Assembly (NCBI GenBank): GCA_019113065.1
Contig: DXIC01000072.1
Location: 1 to 51,905, forward strand
Length of the DNA: 51,905 bases
Direction of reading: 5' to 3'
DNA from: Candidatus Agathobaculum stercoravium
Lineage (GTDB): Bacteria > Bacillota > Clostridia > Oscillospirales > Butyricicoccaceae
In this document: in pieces, positions 36,837 through 46,452 of the stretch
How the letters are laid out: every line of letters starts with the position of its first letter
Numbering within the stretch: the first letter of the stretch is position 1
Translations under genes and position numbers: made by a program
Notes under the pieces: model-generated
Databases searched by the model: none
What the model saw: the letters and a program-made list of their open reading frames with translations, nothing else
What the model was told of the DNA's origin: nothing

Positions 36837-36862
36837 AAAGGCGTCCACAATGGGACGCCTTT
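36837..36862. terminator. Terminator after gpsA
   Basis: AAAGGCGTCC/GGACGCCTTT stem; a TTGCAC-17 bp-TATAAT promoter for murB follows on the minus strand. Confidence 0.7.
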
Positions 36863-36906
36863 CTGTCTGATCAATCGATACGGGAATTCTGTTGCAGCGC
36901 ACCGGG

Positions 36907-37920
36907 TCAGCGCACCCAGACCTCCTCGTGTTCGCCGCGGCGCGGACGCCCCAGCAGCATGCGGATGCCCTCGGTCGCGGGCACACCGTTATACAGCACC
37001 TCATACATCGCCTCGGTGATCGGCATGGATACACCCTGCTGTTTGGCAAGGTGGTAGCCCGCTTCGGTCGCATAGTAGCCCTCGACCGTCGCGCCGACCT
37101 CCTTCATCGCCTGCTCGGCGGTCTTGCCCTGTCCGATCAGGATACCTGCCCGGCGGTTGCGCGAATGCATCGAGCAGCAGGTGACGATCAGGTCGCCCAC
37201 GCCGGACAGGCCTGCAAAGGTCTCCTGCTTGGCGCCCAGTTTAATACCGAGACGCGCAATCTCGGTCAGGCCGCGGGTCATAAACGCCGCCTTGGAGTTG
37301 TCGCCAAGGCCAAGGCCGTCCGCAATGCCTGCACCGAGCGCGATGATGTTCTTGAACGCACCGCCTAATTCACAGCCGATAATATCAGAGGAAGTGTAAA
37401 CGCGGAAAAACCGGTCGTTCATAAAAGCCTCCTGCGTCAGCTCGGCCGCCTCGCGGCTCTCGGACGCCGCGACGATTGCAGTCGGCACACCGCGCGCGAC
37501 CTCCTCCGCATGGGTCGGGCCGGTCAGCGCAACGACCGGGTTTTTGCCGTCCAGTGCGCGGTCAATCGTCTGCGAAAAGCGGCAGTAACCGTGCTTGGAG
37601 TCCAGACCCTTGCCGACGTTGACGACCACCGTGCCTGCCGGCACGATCGCGGAAAGCTGCTCTGCTGTCGAAGCGACCGCAAACGACGGCACCGCCATGA
37701 CAATCAGGTCAGCCTTCGCTGCACCCGACATATCGGTCGTGATCCCAATCCCTTCGGGGATCTTGACGCCCGGCAACAGCTTTTCATTGGCGCGCTCGCG
37801 GTGCAGCAGGTCGCATTCCTCCTGGAAGAAAGTCCACGAGGTCACCTCATGGCCGTTTTGATGCAGCAGCATGGCCAGCGCAATGCCCCAGCCGCCGGTA
37901 CCCAGTACAAAAACCTTCAT
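36907..37920 (-). CDS. gpsA: NAD(P)H-dependent glycerol-3-phosphate dehydrogenase
   Basis: GTGGWG, GPTHAEEV, GAFKNIIA, GDN, GLSGVGDLIVTC and SRN motifs. Confidence 0.97.
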   Translation of the reverse strand: MKVFVLGTGGWGIALAMLLHQNGHEVTSWTFFQEECDLLHRERANEKLLPGVKIPEGIGITTDMSGAAKADLIVMAVPSFAVASTAEQLSAIVPAGTVVVNVGKGLDSKHGYCRFSQTIDRALDGKNPVVALTGPTHAEEVARGVPTAIVAASESREAAELTQEAFMNDRFFRVYTSSDIIGCELGGAFKNIIALGAGIADGLGLGDNSKAAFMTRGLTEIARLGIKLGAKQETFAGLSGVGDLIVTCCSMHSRNRRAGILIGQGKTAEQAMKEVGATVEGYYATEAGYHLAKQQGVSMPITEAMYEVLYNGVPATEGIRMLLGRPRRGEHEEVWVR

Positions 37921-38567
37921 TCTGCGTGCTCCTTCCCGTCGGACGACGATTGCTCAATGGTTTTTTTGCTTTTAAATGAGAATTTGTTTTCCTCGCCATG
38001 CAGTATGCGCACAATGTTGGAACGGTGCATGAAAATGACAGCTACCGCCATGCCGAACGCCATCGCGGTCAAAACCGGATCGCGGTAAAAGGCAAATGTG
38101 GTGATCGGGAAGCTGACCGCACCCAGGATCGATCCAAGCGAAATCCACCGCGTTGCGAACACCGCAGCAAAAAACAGCACAAACGCTACAAGGAAAATGC
38201 GCCAGTCAAACAGCAGCAGCATGACCGCCCCCACGAGCACGCCCTTGCCGCCGCGGAAGCCGAAATACACAGGGAACATATGCCCAAGTATCACGAAAAT
38301 GCCGGCAACCAGCTTGCCGATCGGCCCTGCAAGATACGCGCCGATCGATATTGCCGCCGCACCCTTGGCGATATCGCCAATCAGTACGAACAGCGTTTTT
38401 CCCGCGCCCATCGTGCGGTAGGCGTTGGTCAGGCCTGCGTTGCCGCTGCCATAGTTGCGGATATCCTTGCCCAGCGTCACTTTGCTGACAATAATTGCAA
38501 AGCTCAGCGAGCCGAGCAGGTAGGCGCATACCGCAATGATCACAAAATGCGTGATTGTCATAGTCAT
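37917..38567 (-). CDS. plsY: Acyl-phosphate:glycerol-3-phosphate acyltransferase
   Basis: YLLGS, DIR..GSGNAG.TN, DIAKG, GHMFP, GGKGV and HRSNI motifs. Confidence 0.96.
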   Translation of the reverse strand: MTMTITHFVIIAVCAYLLGSLSFAIIVSKVTLGKDIRNYGSGNAGLTNAYRTMGAGKTLFVLIGDIAKGAAAISIGAYLAGPIGKLVAGIFVILGHMFPVYFGFRGGKGVLVGAVMLLLFDWRIFLVAFVLFFAAVFATRWISLGSILGAVSFPITTFAFYRDPVLTAMAFGMAVAVIFMHRSNIVRILHGEENKFSFKSKKTIEQSSSDGKEHAE

Positions 38568-38604
38568 GTCCCCTTATGATGTTTTGTTGCCGCGCCGCGC
38601 GGGA

Positions 38605-39930
38605 TCAGTTTTTGTCGCCGCGCTCGCGGATCACCATACGCACCGGCGTACCTGTCAGACCAAATACCTCGCGGATCTGGTTTTCCAGATACCGCTGGTA
38701 CGAGAAATGGAACAGGCGCGCGTCGTTGCAGAAGCAGACAAACGTCGGCGGGCAGGTGGAAGCCTGCGTCATGTAGAAGATGCGCAGGCGGCGGCCCTTG
38801 TCGGTCGGCGGCTGCACGCGCGCAGTCGCTTCCGCAAGGATGGAGTTGAGCCGGCCGGTCGGGATGCGCATATGGTTCTGCTCGTATACCTCCTTGATCA
38901 GTGCGAACAGCTTATCCACGCGCTGGCCGGTCTGTGCCGAGATGAACAGTACGGGCGCATACGGCATATACGCCAACCCCTCGCGCACACGCAGCGTGTA
39001 TTCCTTCATGGTGGAGCCGTCCTTCTCGACGAGATCCCACTTATTGACCACAATGATGCACGCCTTGCCTGCGTTGTGTGCTTCGCCCGCGACCTTGGTG
39101 TCCTGTTCGGTCACGCCCTCGGTCGCGTCGATCATAATGACGCACACGTCCGCGCGCTCGACCGCGAGCAGCGAACGCATGACCGAGTATTTCTCGATCT
39201 TCTCGTCCACCTTGCTCTTCTTGCGGATGCCCGCGGTATCGATAAAGGTGAATTTGCCGTGCGCATTGTCCAGATCGGCATCCACGCTGTCGCGCGTCGT
39301 ACCCGCGATGTTGGAGACGATCACGCGCTCCTCGCCCAGCACGCGGTTGAGCAGGCTGGACTTGCCCACGTTCGGCTTACCGATCAGGGCGACGCGGATG
39401 CGCTCCTCTTTTTCCTCATTCTCGTCCGCGGGCGGGAAATGTTCGTACGCCGCGTCGAGCAGCTCGCCCATGCCGTAGCCGTGCAGGGCGGAAATGCCGT
39501 ACGGCTCACCCAGGCCGAGGTTATAAAACTCGTAAAACTCCGGCTCGGGGGCGCCCGGCTTGTCGCATTTGTTGACCGCCAGCACGATCGGCTTACCAGA
39601 GCGCAGCAGCATTGCGGCGACGTCCTGGTCAGCCGCGGTAATGCCTGTGCGCAGGTCGGTGATGAAGATGATCACGTCCGCGTGCGAAATCGCGGTCTCC
39701 GCCTGAAAGCGCATGAACTGCAAAATCTCGTTGTCGTTGTTCGGCTCGATACCGCCGGTATCGATGATGGTAAAGTCACGGCCGCGCCAGTCGCTTTCCG
39801 CATACAGGCGGTCGCGCGTTACGCCGGGCGTGTCCTCCACAATGGACAGGCGTTTGCCCGCCAAACGGTTGAACAGCTGGCTTTTGCCGACGTTCGGCCG
39901 TCCTACGATGGCCACAATCGGTTTTGGCAT
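38605..39930 (-). CDS. der: Ribosome biogenesis GTPase Der/EngA
   Basis: Two G domains (GRPNVGKS, GKPNVGKS, DTGG, DTAG, NKCD, NKWD) and a KH-like C-terminus. Confidence 0.98.
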   Translation of the reverse strand: MPKPIVAIVGRPNVGKSQLFNRLAGKRLSIVEDTPGVTRDRLYAESDWRGRDFTIIDTGGIEPNNDNEILQFMRFQAETAISHADVIIFITDLRTGITAADQDVAAMLLRSGKPIVLAVNKCDKPGAPEPEFYEFYNLGLGEPYGISALHGYGMGELLDAAYEHFPPADENEEKEERIRVALIGKPNVGKSSLLNRVLGEERVIVSNIAGTTRDSVDADLDNAHGKFTFIDTAGIRKKSKVDEKIEKYSVMRSLLAVERADVCVIMIDATEGVTEQDTKVAGEAHNAGKACIIVVNKWDLVEKDGSTMKEYTLRVREGLAYMPYAPVLFISAQTGQRVDKLFALIKEVYEQNHMRIPTGRLNSILAEATARVQPPTDKGRRLRIFYMTQASTCPPTFVCFCNDARLFHFSYQRYLENQIREVFGLTGTPVRMVIRERGDKN

Positions 39931-39959
39931 ATGGGGTCCCTCCTTCGTTGTTCGGGGGT

Positions 39960-41264
39960 TTAGTCCTCAAAAATCTTCGCAAGCAGGTCTGCGCCGTCGA
40001 TCTCGACCGGCACAACCGGAACACCAAGTGCATCCGACACCTGCTGCGGGGTATAGTCGTCTAGAAATACATCGCCGCCGTCGCGCAGCATGTTGGCGGA
40101 AATAAGCACGCGCCCGCCCAGGTCGCGCCCTTTCAGCTGTGCGATCAGGTCCTGCCCGGTAATCAGGCCGGCGACCGAAACACGGTGACCGAAAAAGTCG
40201 TTCCGGATTTCCACCACTTTTCCATTTAGATTATCGCATTTCGCAGCGGCTTCGTCAAGCAGAAGCGCCATGGAAGGCGCGGCGGCTGCACCGGTTGCAA
40301 TGGTGAACGGACGCGCGCTGCGGCCCTCGTAATCGGGCAGCGCCAGCCGGAACTCCTCCATAAACAACGGCAGCATGCCGATACCGTTCTCAAACTGGGT
40401 GAAGTCCTCATAATACTCGGTGTCCGGCAGCGGACGCTCCGCCTTGAGGTACAGCTCGTCCCCGCACCAGGCCAGACGGGTATCCAGCTCGCGCAGGCAT
40501 TCCTCCGCAAACGGCTCGACGATGTCGAGGATGGCCTCCGCCGCCGCTTTGTCGGTCGGCTCAAGCGGATACAGCCCCTCACGGTGGTCGGTCATGCCAA
40601 ACGGCACAACCGAGATGGTATTCACCGCCGGATACAGATTTTTCAGGTCGTGCAGCGAGCGTTTGAGCTCGTCGCCGTCATTGAGGCCCTTGCACACGAC
40701 CAGCTGGCAGTTCATCGTGATGCCGCCCTCGGCAAACCGGTTCATGATCGCAAGCGCTTCGCCCGCGCGCTTGTTGCGCAGCATTTTGACGCGCAGCTCC
40801 GGGTTAGTCGTCTGCACCGAAATATTGACCGGCGAAATATGCATGCGCAGGATGCGGTCGACGTCCGCTTCCGACAGGTTGGTCATGGAAATATAGTTCC
40901 CCATCAGGAAGGACATGCGCGCGTCGTCGTCCTTGACATACAGCGTCTTGCGCATCCCCTTCGGCAGCTGGTCGATGAAACAGAACACACATTTGTTGGA
41001 GCACTGCTTCATGCCGTCCATCAAATAGTGCTCAAAGTTCAGGCCAAGCGGCTCGCCCTCGCGCTTGTGCACGCGCACCTCGCGGACAGTCTCACCATCC
41101 CGTTCGAGGACTTTGAGCATCAGGCGTGCATCATAGCTGTAAAATTTGTAGTCAAGTACATCGCGGATCGTGGTGCCATCGATCTGAAGCAGGGTCTCCC
41201 CTGCCGCAAGCCCCGCGCGCGCCGCCGGGCTGCCCTCGTCCACACTGATGATTTTCGACGCCAT
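39960..41264 (-). CDS. PDZ + radical-SAM-like + DUF512 protein
   Basis: N-terminal PDZ-like segment, CSNKCVFCFIDQLP, LYVKDDD and QFENGIG; the usual neighbour upstream of der. Confidence 0.9.
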   Translation of the reverse strand: MASKIISVDEGSPAARAGLAAGETLLQIDGTTIRDVLDYKFYSYDARLMLKVLERDGETVREVRVHKREGEPLGLNFEHYLMDGMKQCSNKCVFCFIDQLPKGMRKTLYVKDDDARMSFLMGNYISMTNLSEADVDRILRMHISPVNISVQTTNPELRVKMLRNKRAGEALAIMNRFAEGGITMNCQLVVCKGLNDGDELKRSLHDLKNLYPAVNTISVVPFGMTDHREGLYPLEPTDKAAAEAILDIVEPFAEECLRELDTRLAWCGDELYLKAERPLPDTEYYEDFTQFENGIGMLPLFMEEFRLALPDYEGRSARPFTIATGAAAAPSMALLLDEAAAKCDNLNGKVVEIRNDFFGHRVSVAGLITGQDLIAQLKGRDLGGRVLISANMLRDGGDVFLDDYTPQQVSDALGVPVVPVEIDGADLLAKIFED

Positions 41265-41287
41265 TTCACGCCCTCCTTATAACCCAT

Positions 41288-41487
41288 TCCGCGCCCTGCG
41301 CGGCATTCAACAGCAAAACCGGCCGACGCAAAGCAAAGGCTGGTTTTGCATAAAAATCCACGACATGCGCGTGGATTTTTATACCAGTCCGCAGAAAAGT
41401 TTCTCCGGAACTTTTCTGCGCTCCGGATGTGTCCGCGCCCTGCGCGGCACATCCTCTTCGTTTGGACCGCGAGCGGCCCAAACGAGG
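41288..41487. repeat. Cluster of six consecutive stem-loops with an internal 18-bp direct repeat (REP/MITE-like or structured RNA)
   Basis: Stems at 41289-41303, 41313-41349, 41350-41382, 41390-41420, 41425-41454 and 41456-41487; TCCGCGCCCTGCGCGGCA at 41288-41305 and 41432-41449. Confidence 0.7.
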
Positions 41488-41494
41488 CGAAGCC

Positions 41495-41533
41495 AAAAAA
41501 AATGGAGAAGCCGATGCCGCCTTCTCCATTTTT
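41495..41533 (-). terminator. Intrinsic terminator of rpmF
   Basis: AAAAATGGAGAAG/CTTCTCCATTTTT stem with a T8 run on the minus strand. Confidence 0.85.
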
Positions 41534-41550
41534 CTGTTCTGTTTTCAGCC

Positions 41551-41733
41551 TTACGCTTCCTTAGCGACAACCTGACGGCCGTTGTAGTAGCCGCAGTTCT
41601 TGCACATTCTGTGAGCCAGCTTCATCTCGCCGCACTGCGGGCACTTGGTCATGCCGGGCAGAGAGAGCTTCCAGTGGGAGTTGCGGCGCTTGTCGCGGCG
41701 GGCTTTGGATACCTTTCTCTTGGGTACTGCCAT
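41551..41733 (-). CDS. rpmF: 50S ribosomal protein L32 (Zn-ribbon type)
   Basis: [17 protein letters not shown]...CPQCG...[10 protein letters not shown]. Confidence 0.98.
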   Translation of the reverse strand: MAVPKRKVSKARRDKRRNSHWKLSLPGMTKCPQCGEMKLAHRMCKNCGYYNGRQVVAKEA

Positions 41734-41779
41734 AATGGATACACCTCCTACTCTTTCTTCTGTATTTTTTATTCCTTAT

Positions 41780-42292
41780 TTAATATTCGCCCTCGTCCGA
41801 GTCGAGCAGGGCGCGCAGCGCGGCAAATCGCGGGTCGATCTGCTTTTTTTCACAATCGCAGTCGACTTCGTTGCGGTCGGCGCCGCAGTGCGGGCAGAGG
41901 CCTTTGCAGTCCTCCTTGCACAGATAAGTCATCTGTACCTGCAGGATCAATGCCGGCACCATAACGTCCGCAGGATCCACGCTGTCACCGGTCAGCACGA
42001 AAAGATCGTCCTCTTCCTCCGCCTCAGGGTCGTCCGACAGGACGGTATCAACCTCGGCTGTCAGCAGGATGTCAAGCGGCTTGAGGCAGCGGGCGCAGGC
42101 TGTGGAATAGATCGTTTTGATCGTTCCCGTCAGCCGCAGGATGCCGCTTTCGTTGGAAACCGTGCCGCTGATCTGGACAGGGCTTTGGAACGGCTTCGCG
42201 CCATAGAGCGTTTCTTCCCGCAGATCGACCGTTTCGTTAAACGGGATGGACGCATGCTGCGAAGCAGTCAGTTTTTTTAAATCAATCTTCAT
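41780..42292 (-). CDS. DUF177/YceD (YlbN) family protein
   Basis: CARCL, LCKEDCKGLCPHCG and IDPRFAAL motifs; upstream of rpmF. Confidence 0.93.
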   Translation of the reverse strand: MKIDLKKLTASQHASIPFNETVDLREETLYGAKPFQSPVQISGTVSNESGILRLTGTIKTIYSTACARCLKPLDILLTAEVDTVLSDDPEAEEEDDLFVLTGDSVDPADVMVPALILQVQMTYLCKEDCKGLCPHCGADRNEVDCDCEKKQIDPRFAALRALLDSDEGEY

Positions 42293-42466
42293 GTCAACCT
42301 CACATGGTACTAAGATAGTATACTACAAGTAATCACGCTTTGTCAACCAATTTTTGCGCCAATATTGGTATCTTTGCCGTTTCACTGTACAGCCCTTTCC
42401 TTTTGCCGGAAAATACGGTATACTGAAGGCATCACATTACCAAATTACAGAAAAGGAAAACAGCTC

Positions 42467-43435
42467 TTGAGGGAATATTATATCACAAAAAACGACAGCG
42501 GGCAACGGCTGAATAAATTTCTGGAAAAGGCGGTCCCGCTGCTGCCCGGCGGGATGATGCACAGGTATCTCCGCCTCAAGCGCATCAAGGTCAACGGCAA
42601 GCGCACGGAGGCTGCCTACCGCCTGTGTGAAGGCGACAAAGTGCAGCTATACCTCAACGACGAGTATTTTGAAGCACCGCGCGAGGAAGAAGCCTTCCGC
42701 CGCATCCAAAATCCGCAGCTGCACATTGTGTATGAGGATGAGCACATCCTGCTGGCCGACAAGGCGCCCGGCATGGTCGTGCACGCGGACGAGCACGGCG
42801 ACACGAACACGCTGATCGCCCACATCCAGGCTTACCTGTACCAATCCGGCGCGTGGGATCCGGACGACGCGGCTTCGTTTGCGCCCGCGCTGTGCAACCG
42901 CATCGACCGAAACACCGGCGGCATTGTGATCGCGGCCAAGACCGCCGAAGCGTTGCGTATCCTCAACGACAAGATCAAGGACCGCGAGCTGGAAAAGCGC
43001 TACCTGTGCATCGTCCACGGCCGCCCGAAGCCGCCGGAAGGGCTGATCGAAAACTACCTGCGCCGCGACGAAAAACGCAAGCAGGTCACGCTGCACAAGA
43101 CCCGCGTCCCCGGCGCAAAGACCGCGCGCACCCGCTACCGTACGCTCGCCGCACAGGGCAGACTGTCCCTTGTTGAGTGCGATCTGCTCACCGGACGCAC
43201 GCATCAGATCCGGGCGCACATGGCGTCCATCGGCTGCCCCCTGCTGGGCGACGGCAAGTACGGCACCAATGAGCTCAACCGCCCCTATGGCGAAACCGGG
43301 CAGGCGCTGTACGCGTACAAGCTCACTTTCCGGTTCGCACAGGACGCAGGCGCGCTCAATTATCTGAACGGCAAGACTTTTACCGTGCGCGACGTCCCGT
43401 TTGTCAAAAAATATTTCCCCGCTTTTCGGCTGTGA
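42467..43435 (+). CDS. RluA-family 23S rRNA pseudouridine synthase with S4 domain (RluC-like)
   Basis: GQRLNKFL, IVYEDE, KAPGMVVH, NRIDRNTGG (catalytic Asp), TGRTHQIRAH and GDGKYG; TTG start. Confidence 0.93.
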   Translation: MREYYITKNDSGQRLNKFLEKAVPLLPGGMMHRYLRLKRIKVNGKRTEAAYRLCEGDKVQLYLNDEYFEAPREEEAFRRIQNPQLHIVYEDEHILLADKAPGMVVHADEHGDTNTLIAHIQAYLYQSGAWDPDDAASFAPALCNRIDRNTGGIVIAAKTAEALRILNDKIKDRELEKRYLCIVHGRPKPPEGLIENYLRRDEKRKQVTLHKTRVPGAKTARTRYRTLAAQGRLSLVECDLLTGRTHQIRAHMASIGCPLLGDGKYGTNELNRPYGETGQALYAYKLTFRFAQDAGALNYLNGKTFTVRDVPFVKKYFPAFRL

Positions 43436-43441
43436 CGCAGC

Positions 43442-43478
43442 AAAGGCGCAGGAACCGCTTTGGTTCCTGCGCCCTTTT
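43442..43478. terminator. Terminator between convergent genes
   Basis: GGCGCAGGAACC-gcttt-GGTTCCTGCGCC-CTTTT. Confidence 0.8.
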
Positions 43479-43492
43479 CATCAGTTATTGCT

Positions 43493-45265
43493 TTATCCAA
43501 TCTTGGTGTATACCTGGCCGGGTTCAAGCGAAATGCCCTTGACCGCCGCCAGTTCGGAGACCGTTACAAACGCATAGGTCTTGTCCGTCCGGCTTTGCAG
43601 CTCGTCGATCGCGGCGAGCACGCCTTCGATCGTGCCGCTGTACAGGTCGTGCATCAGGACAACCGAGCCGTCCTCCACCTGGTTGATGATGTTGTTCTTG
43701 ACGCTCACCGGATCGGTTTTGGTCTTCCAGTCGAGCGTGTCTACATCCCAGTTGATGATCGGCAGGCCAAGCTCTTTCATCACGGCCTTGACCTTATCGT
43801 CATACGCACCGCCTACCGGGCGCATTACCGTCGGCCGCTCGCCGCAGTACTGCTCGATCAACTGGCTGTTGGATTCCACCTCTTCGCGGATCTCTTCCTC
43901 ACTCATCGCGGGGAGCATCTGCATCGGATGGTTCATAGTATGGTTGCCCAGCTCATGCCCCTCGGCCAGATACCGCGCACAGTGCGAATGGAAATCCTTC
44001 AGGCGATAACCGCACATAAAGAAGGTTGCGTGCGCGCCGCGCTCTTTCAGGCCGTCAAGCAGGGTTGCGGTCATGCCGTCCGGATAGCCGTCCTTCGAGC
44101 CTGTCGGGCCGTCGTCAAACGTCAGCGCAACATAAACGTCCGCCTCCGGGATATCCGCACCAATCGCCTGTGTCAGCCCGCTTTCCATCGAGCTGAGATA
44201 AGCCTTCTGGCTGTCAAAGCCGTCAAGCGGCATATTGGTGAATGCATAAGCGCCTTCACCGAGGTCGGTATAATTCTTGCCCGTCAACGCGGCGAACAGC
44301 TCCGCCGATACATAAAACTTGCCGGACTCCTCATCCTGATAGACCTCAATGCCGTCGCCCCGAATACGGTCGCCATCTACCTTGGCCTTGCCATTACTCT
44401 GCACAGTGGACTGGATGCCGTTGTATTCGACCGTCCATTCACTCTTGCCGTCGAACGAAGCTGAGCCGCCGAGCGCCGTTATCGCCGCCTTCAGCGGGAC
44501 ATACCGGGTGCCGTCCACTTCGATCGCAGCGGTTCCGCGCTTGCCTTCCTCCTCGGTCATCTGACGGTTTTCACCGTCCGCCACCAGTTTATCCGAATCC
44601 GTGCGCATGATGATGCTGCCGGCCGTGACCTGCTGTTCGGACGGGCCAAGCACTTTAAGCGCCTTTTCCGCAATCTTGCCGAGCCTTTTCTCATCCAGTT
44701 CCTTTTTGGACTGGGATACAACAACAAGGTCGCCCTGATCCGCGCCAAGCTCGCCTACCTGCCAGGAGAACGCCTCGCAGATATCGCGTACCGGCGCGAA
44801 TACAACGCCGTCCTTAACCTCCGGCGCAGCAGCCATGGTTTTGTTCTCTTCGTTAAAACGGAGCGTTGTGCTCCCCGCCTGTATGCTTATCTTATCCTGT
44901 TTGAATTGTGTGGACGCAGTCTTGCTTGCCTCGTCCCAGGTCAGTTCCATGCCGAGATTATCGCACAACGAACTCATCGAGACATAAACAACCCCGCTTG
45001 TATTACGGTATGGCGCGGCGGCACCTAAATCGACCGCTTTGCCATCCTGCCAGGCGCGGGTATTATCCACCTGGTACACCAGCTGATTCTGATCCCCACC
45101 GAAAATCGCGCCGGAAATTCCCTTTACAATATGAAATGCAACCGGCACCGCAATAACGACCACCAGGATCAGGGCGATCAGCACCCCGTAATGGCTGTTG
45201 CGGCGACGGCGGCGACGGCGGCGATAGGGCCGGTACGCAGACCGGTACGCCGACTGATATGACAT
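43493..45265 (-). CDS. Membrane-anchored polysaccharide deacetylase (NodB/CE4) with Cu-amine-oxidase-N-like stalk domains
   Basis: TFDDGP, HELGNHTMNH, RPVGG, DTLDW and LMHD motifs; stalk-like repeats (APEVKDGVVFAPVR, DGTRYVPLK); Arg8 tract then a TM at the N-terminus; start 45265. Confidence 0.88.
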   Translation of the reverse strand: MSYQSAYRSAYRPYRRRRRRRRNSHYGVLIALILVVVIAVPVAFHIVKGISGAIFGGDQNQLVYQVDNTRAWQDGKAVDLGAAAPYRNTSGVVYVSMSSLCDNLGMELTWDEASKTASTQFKQDKISIQAGSTTLRFNEENKTMAAAPEVKDGVVFAPVRDICEAFSWQVGELGADQGDLVVVSQSKKELDEKRLGKIAEKALKVLGPSEQQVTAGSIIMRTDSDKLVADGENRQMTEEEGKRGTAAIEVDGTRYVPLKAAITALGGSASFDGKSEWTVEYNGIQSTVQSNGKAKVDGDRIRGDGIEVYQDEESGKFYVSAELFAALTGKNYTDLGEGAYAFTNMPLDGFDSQKAYLSSMESGLTQAIGADIPEADVYVALTFDDGPTGSKDGYPDGMTATLLDGLKERGAHATFFMCGYRLKDFHSHCARYLAEGHELGNHTMNHPMQMLPAMSEEEIREEVESNSQLIEQYCGERPTVMRPVGGAYDDKVKAVMKELGLPIINWDVDTLDWKTKTDPVSVKNNIINQVEDGSVVLMHDLYSGTIEGVLAAIDELQSRTDKTYAFVTVSELAAVKGISLEPGQVYTKIG

Positions 45266-45353
45266 GTTCCGCTCATTCCTTCCACTTTTATTGTATAATA
45301 TCTCTATTGCTCTATTATAGCATTGCAGTTTACAAAATAAAGTTACAGTACTG

Positions 45354-46241
45354 TTAATTTTCTCTTCCTGCGGCAGCAAGCGCCTCCCCCAGCATTTGAA
45401 CGCCGGCGCCCAGCAGGTGCGGCCCCACATACGCACCCAGCGTGCAGTCAATTTCGCCCTCCATGCAGTGCAGGAAGCCCGGCATACTCTGCTGCGCCAT
45501 CGCACGGATCCCGTCCAGTTCCGCGGGCGAATCCCCATGCGCTACCGCAATGTTAAACCGCGCCCCCTCCGGCACAAGCGCCGCGGCCATCTGCACCATT
45601 TTCTGCATTGCAGCTTTCCGCCCGCGCACCTTCGCCACATTGACCAGCTGGCCGTCCGCGGCAAAGGAGATAATGGGCTTGATCTGCAAAAGCGTTCCTG
45701 CTACCGCCGAAATCTTGCCGATGCGGCCTCCCTTCTGCAAATACTCCAATGTATCCACGCAGAAAAACACATGCGTATCGCGCATGAGCGGCGGGATGGC
45801 ACGCAGCAGTTCCTCCCATGTCCATCCCGCTTCGATCCAGCGCGCGGCCTGCAGCACGGTCATCCCCGTCCCCAGCGAACCGCTCAGCGAATCAAATACC
45901 GCTACCTCCAGCCCTTCGGCCTGTCCGCCGATCAGGCGCACCAGATTACAGGTGCCGCTCAACCCGCCCGACAGGCAGACCGCGATCACATGGGTATATC
46001 CCGCTTCCCGGATGCGCATGAACGCCCCCTCGACTGCGTCCCCGCCGGGCAGCGTAGTCTTGGGGAGCTCGGCCGGCAAACGGCGGTATACCTCGTCCGG
46101 CGTGATATCTACACCGTCGGCATACTCGCCGTCCGAAAAGATCAGTTTGAGCGGCACAACGGCAATATTATACTGACGCAGAAGCGTCTGCGGGATATCG
46201 GCACAGGAGTCCGTAAGCAATGCGATTTTCTGCTTGTCCAT
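45354..46241 (-). CDS. DegV/FakB family fatty-acid-binding protein
   Basis: TDSCAD, PKTT, LSGGLSGT, DTLEYLQKGGRI, IKPII, KVRG and YVGP motifs. Confidence 0.93.
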   Translation of the reverse strand: MDKQKIALLTDSCADIPQTLLRQYNIAVVPLKLIFSDGEYADGVDITPDEVYRRLPAELPKTTLPGGDAVEGAFMRIREAGYTHVIAVCLSGGLSGTCNLVRLIGGQAEGLEVAVFDSLSGSLGTGMTVLQAARWIEAGWTWEELLRAIPPLMRDTHVFFCVDTLEYLQKGGRIGKISAVAGTLLQIKPIISFAADGQLVNVAKVRGRKAAMQKMVQMAAALVPEGARFNIAVAHGDSPAELDGIRAMAQQSMPGFLHCMEGEIDCTLGAYVGPHLLGAGVQMLGEALAAAGREN

Positions 46242-46263
46242 ATCTGTTTTCTTCCTTTACAAA

Positions 46264-46452
46264 TTACAAGTCTTCTCCGGCGCTCCAGTTGATCAGATGG
46301 GGCGACGGTCTGGGTTCCGTCTGCCCGGGCGGCGCCACCTTTACCCCGAAAAAGTCATACCACTGCCCGCAGGCGTCGCATTGCCACGCTGTCGCCCCGG
46401 TCTCGTCCATGATATAGATTTCGTTTCCGCATTCACAGGTCAAGATCGTCAT
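46264..46452 (-). CDS. 62-aa putative Zn-ribbon small protein
   Basis: MTILTCECG...WQCDACGQWY; AAGGA RBS; TGcTATACT extended -10 upstream; stop lies 22 nt before degV. Confidence 0.7.
   Translation of the reverse strand: MTILTCECGNEIYIMDETGATAWQCDACGQWYDFFGVKVAPPGQTEPRPSPHLINWSAGEDL

Noticed and set aside
41288-41449. 18-bp direct repeats as a mini CRISPR array
   Set aside because: Only two copies, a 126-nt intervening segment that is itself palindromic, and no cas genes.
41266-41570. ORFs of 63-87 aa across the hairpin cluster
   Set aside because: No RBS or motifs; open frames are expected in GC-rich palindromic DNA.
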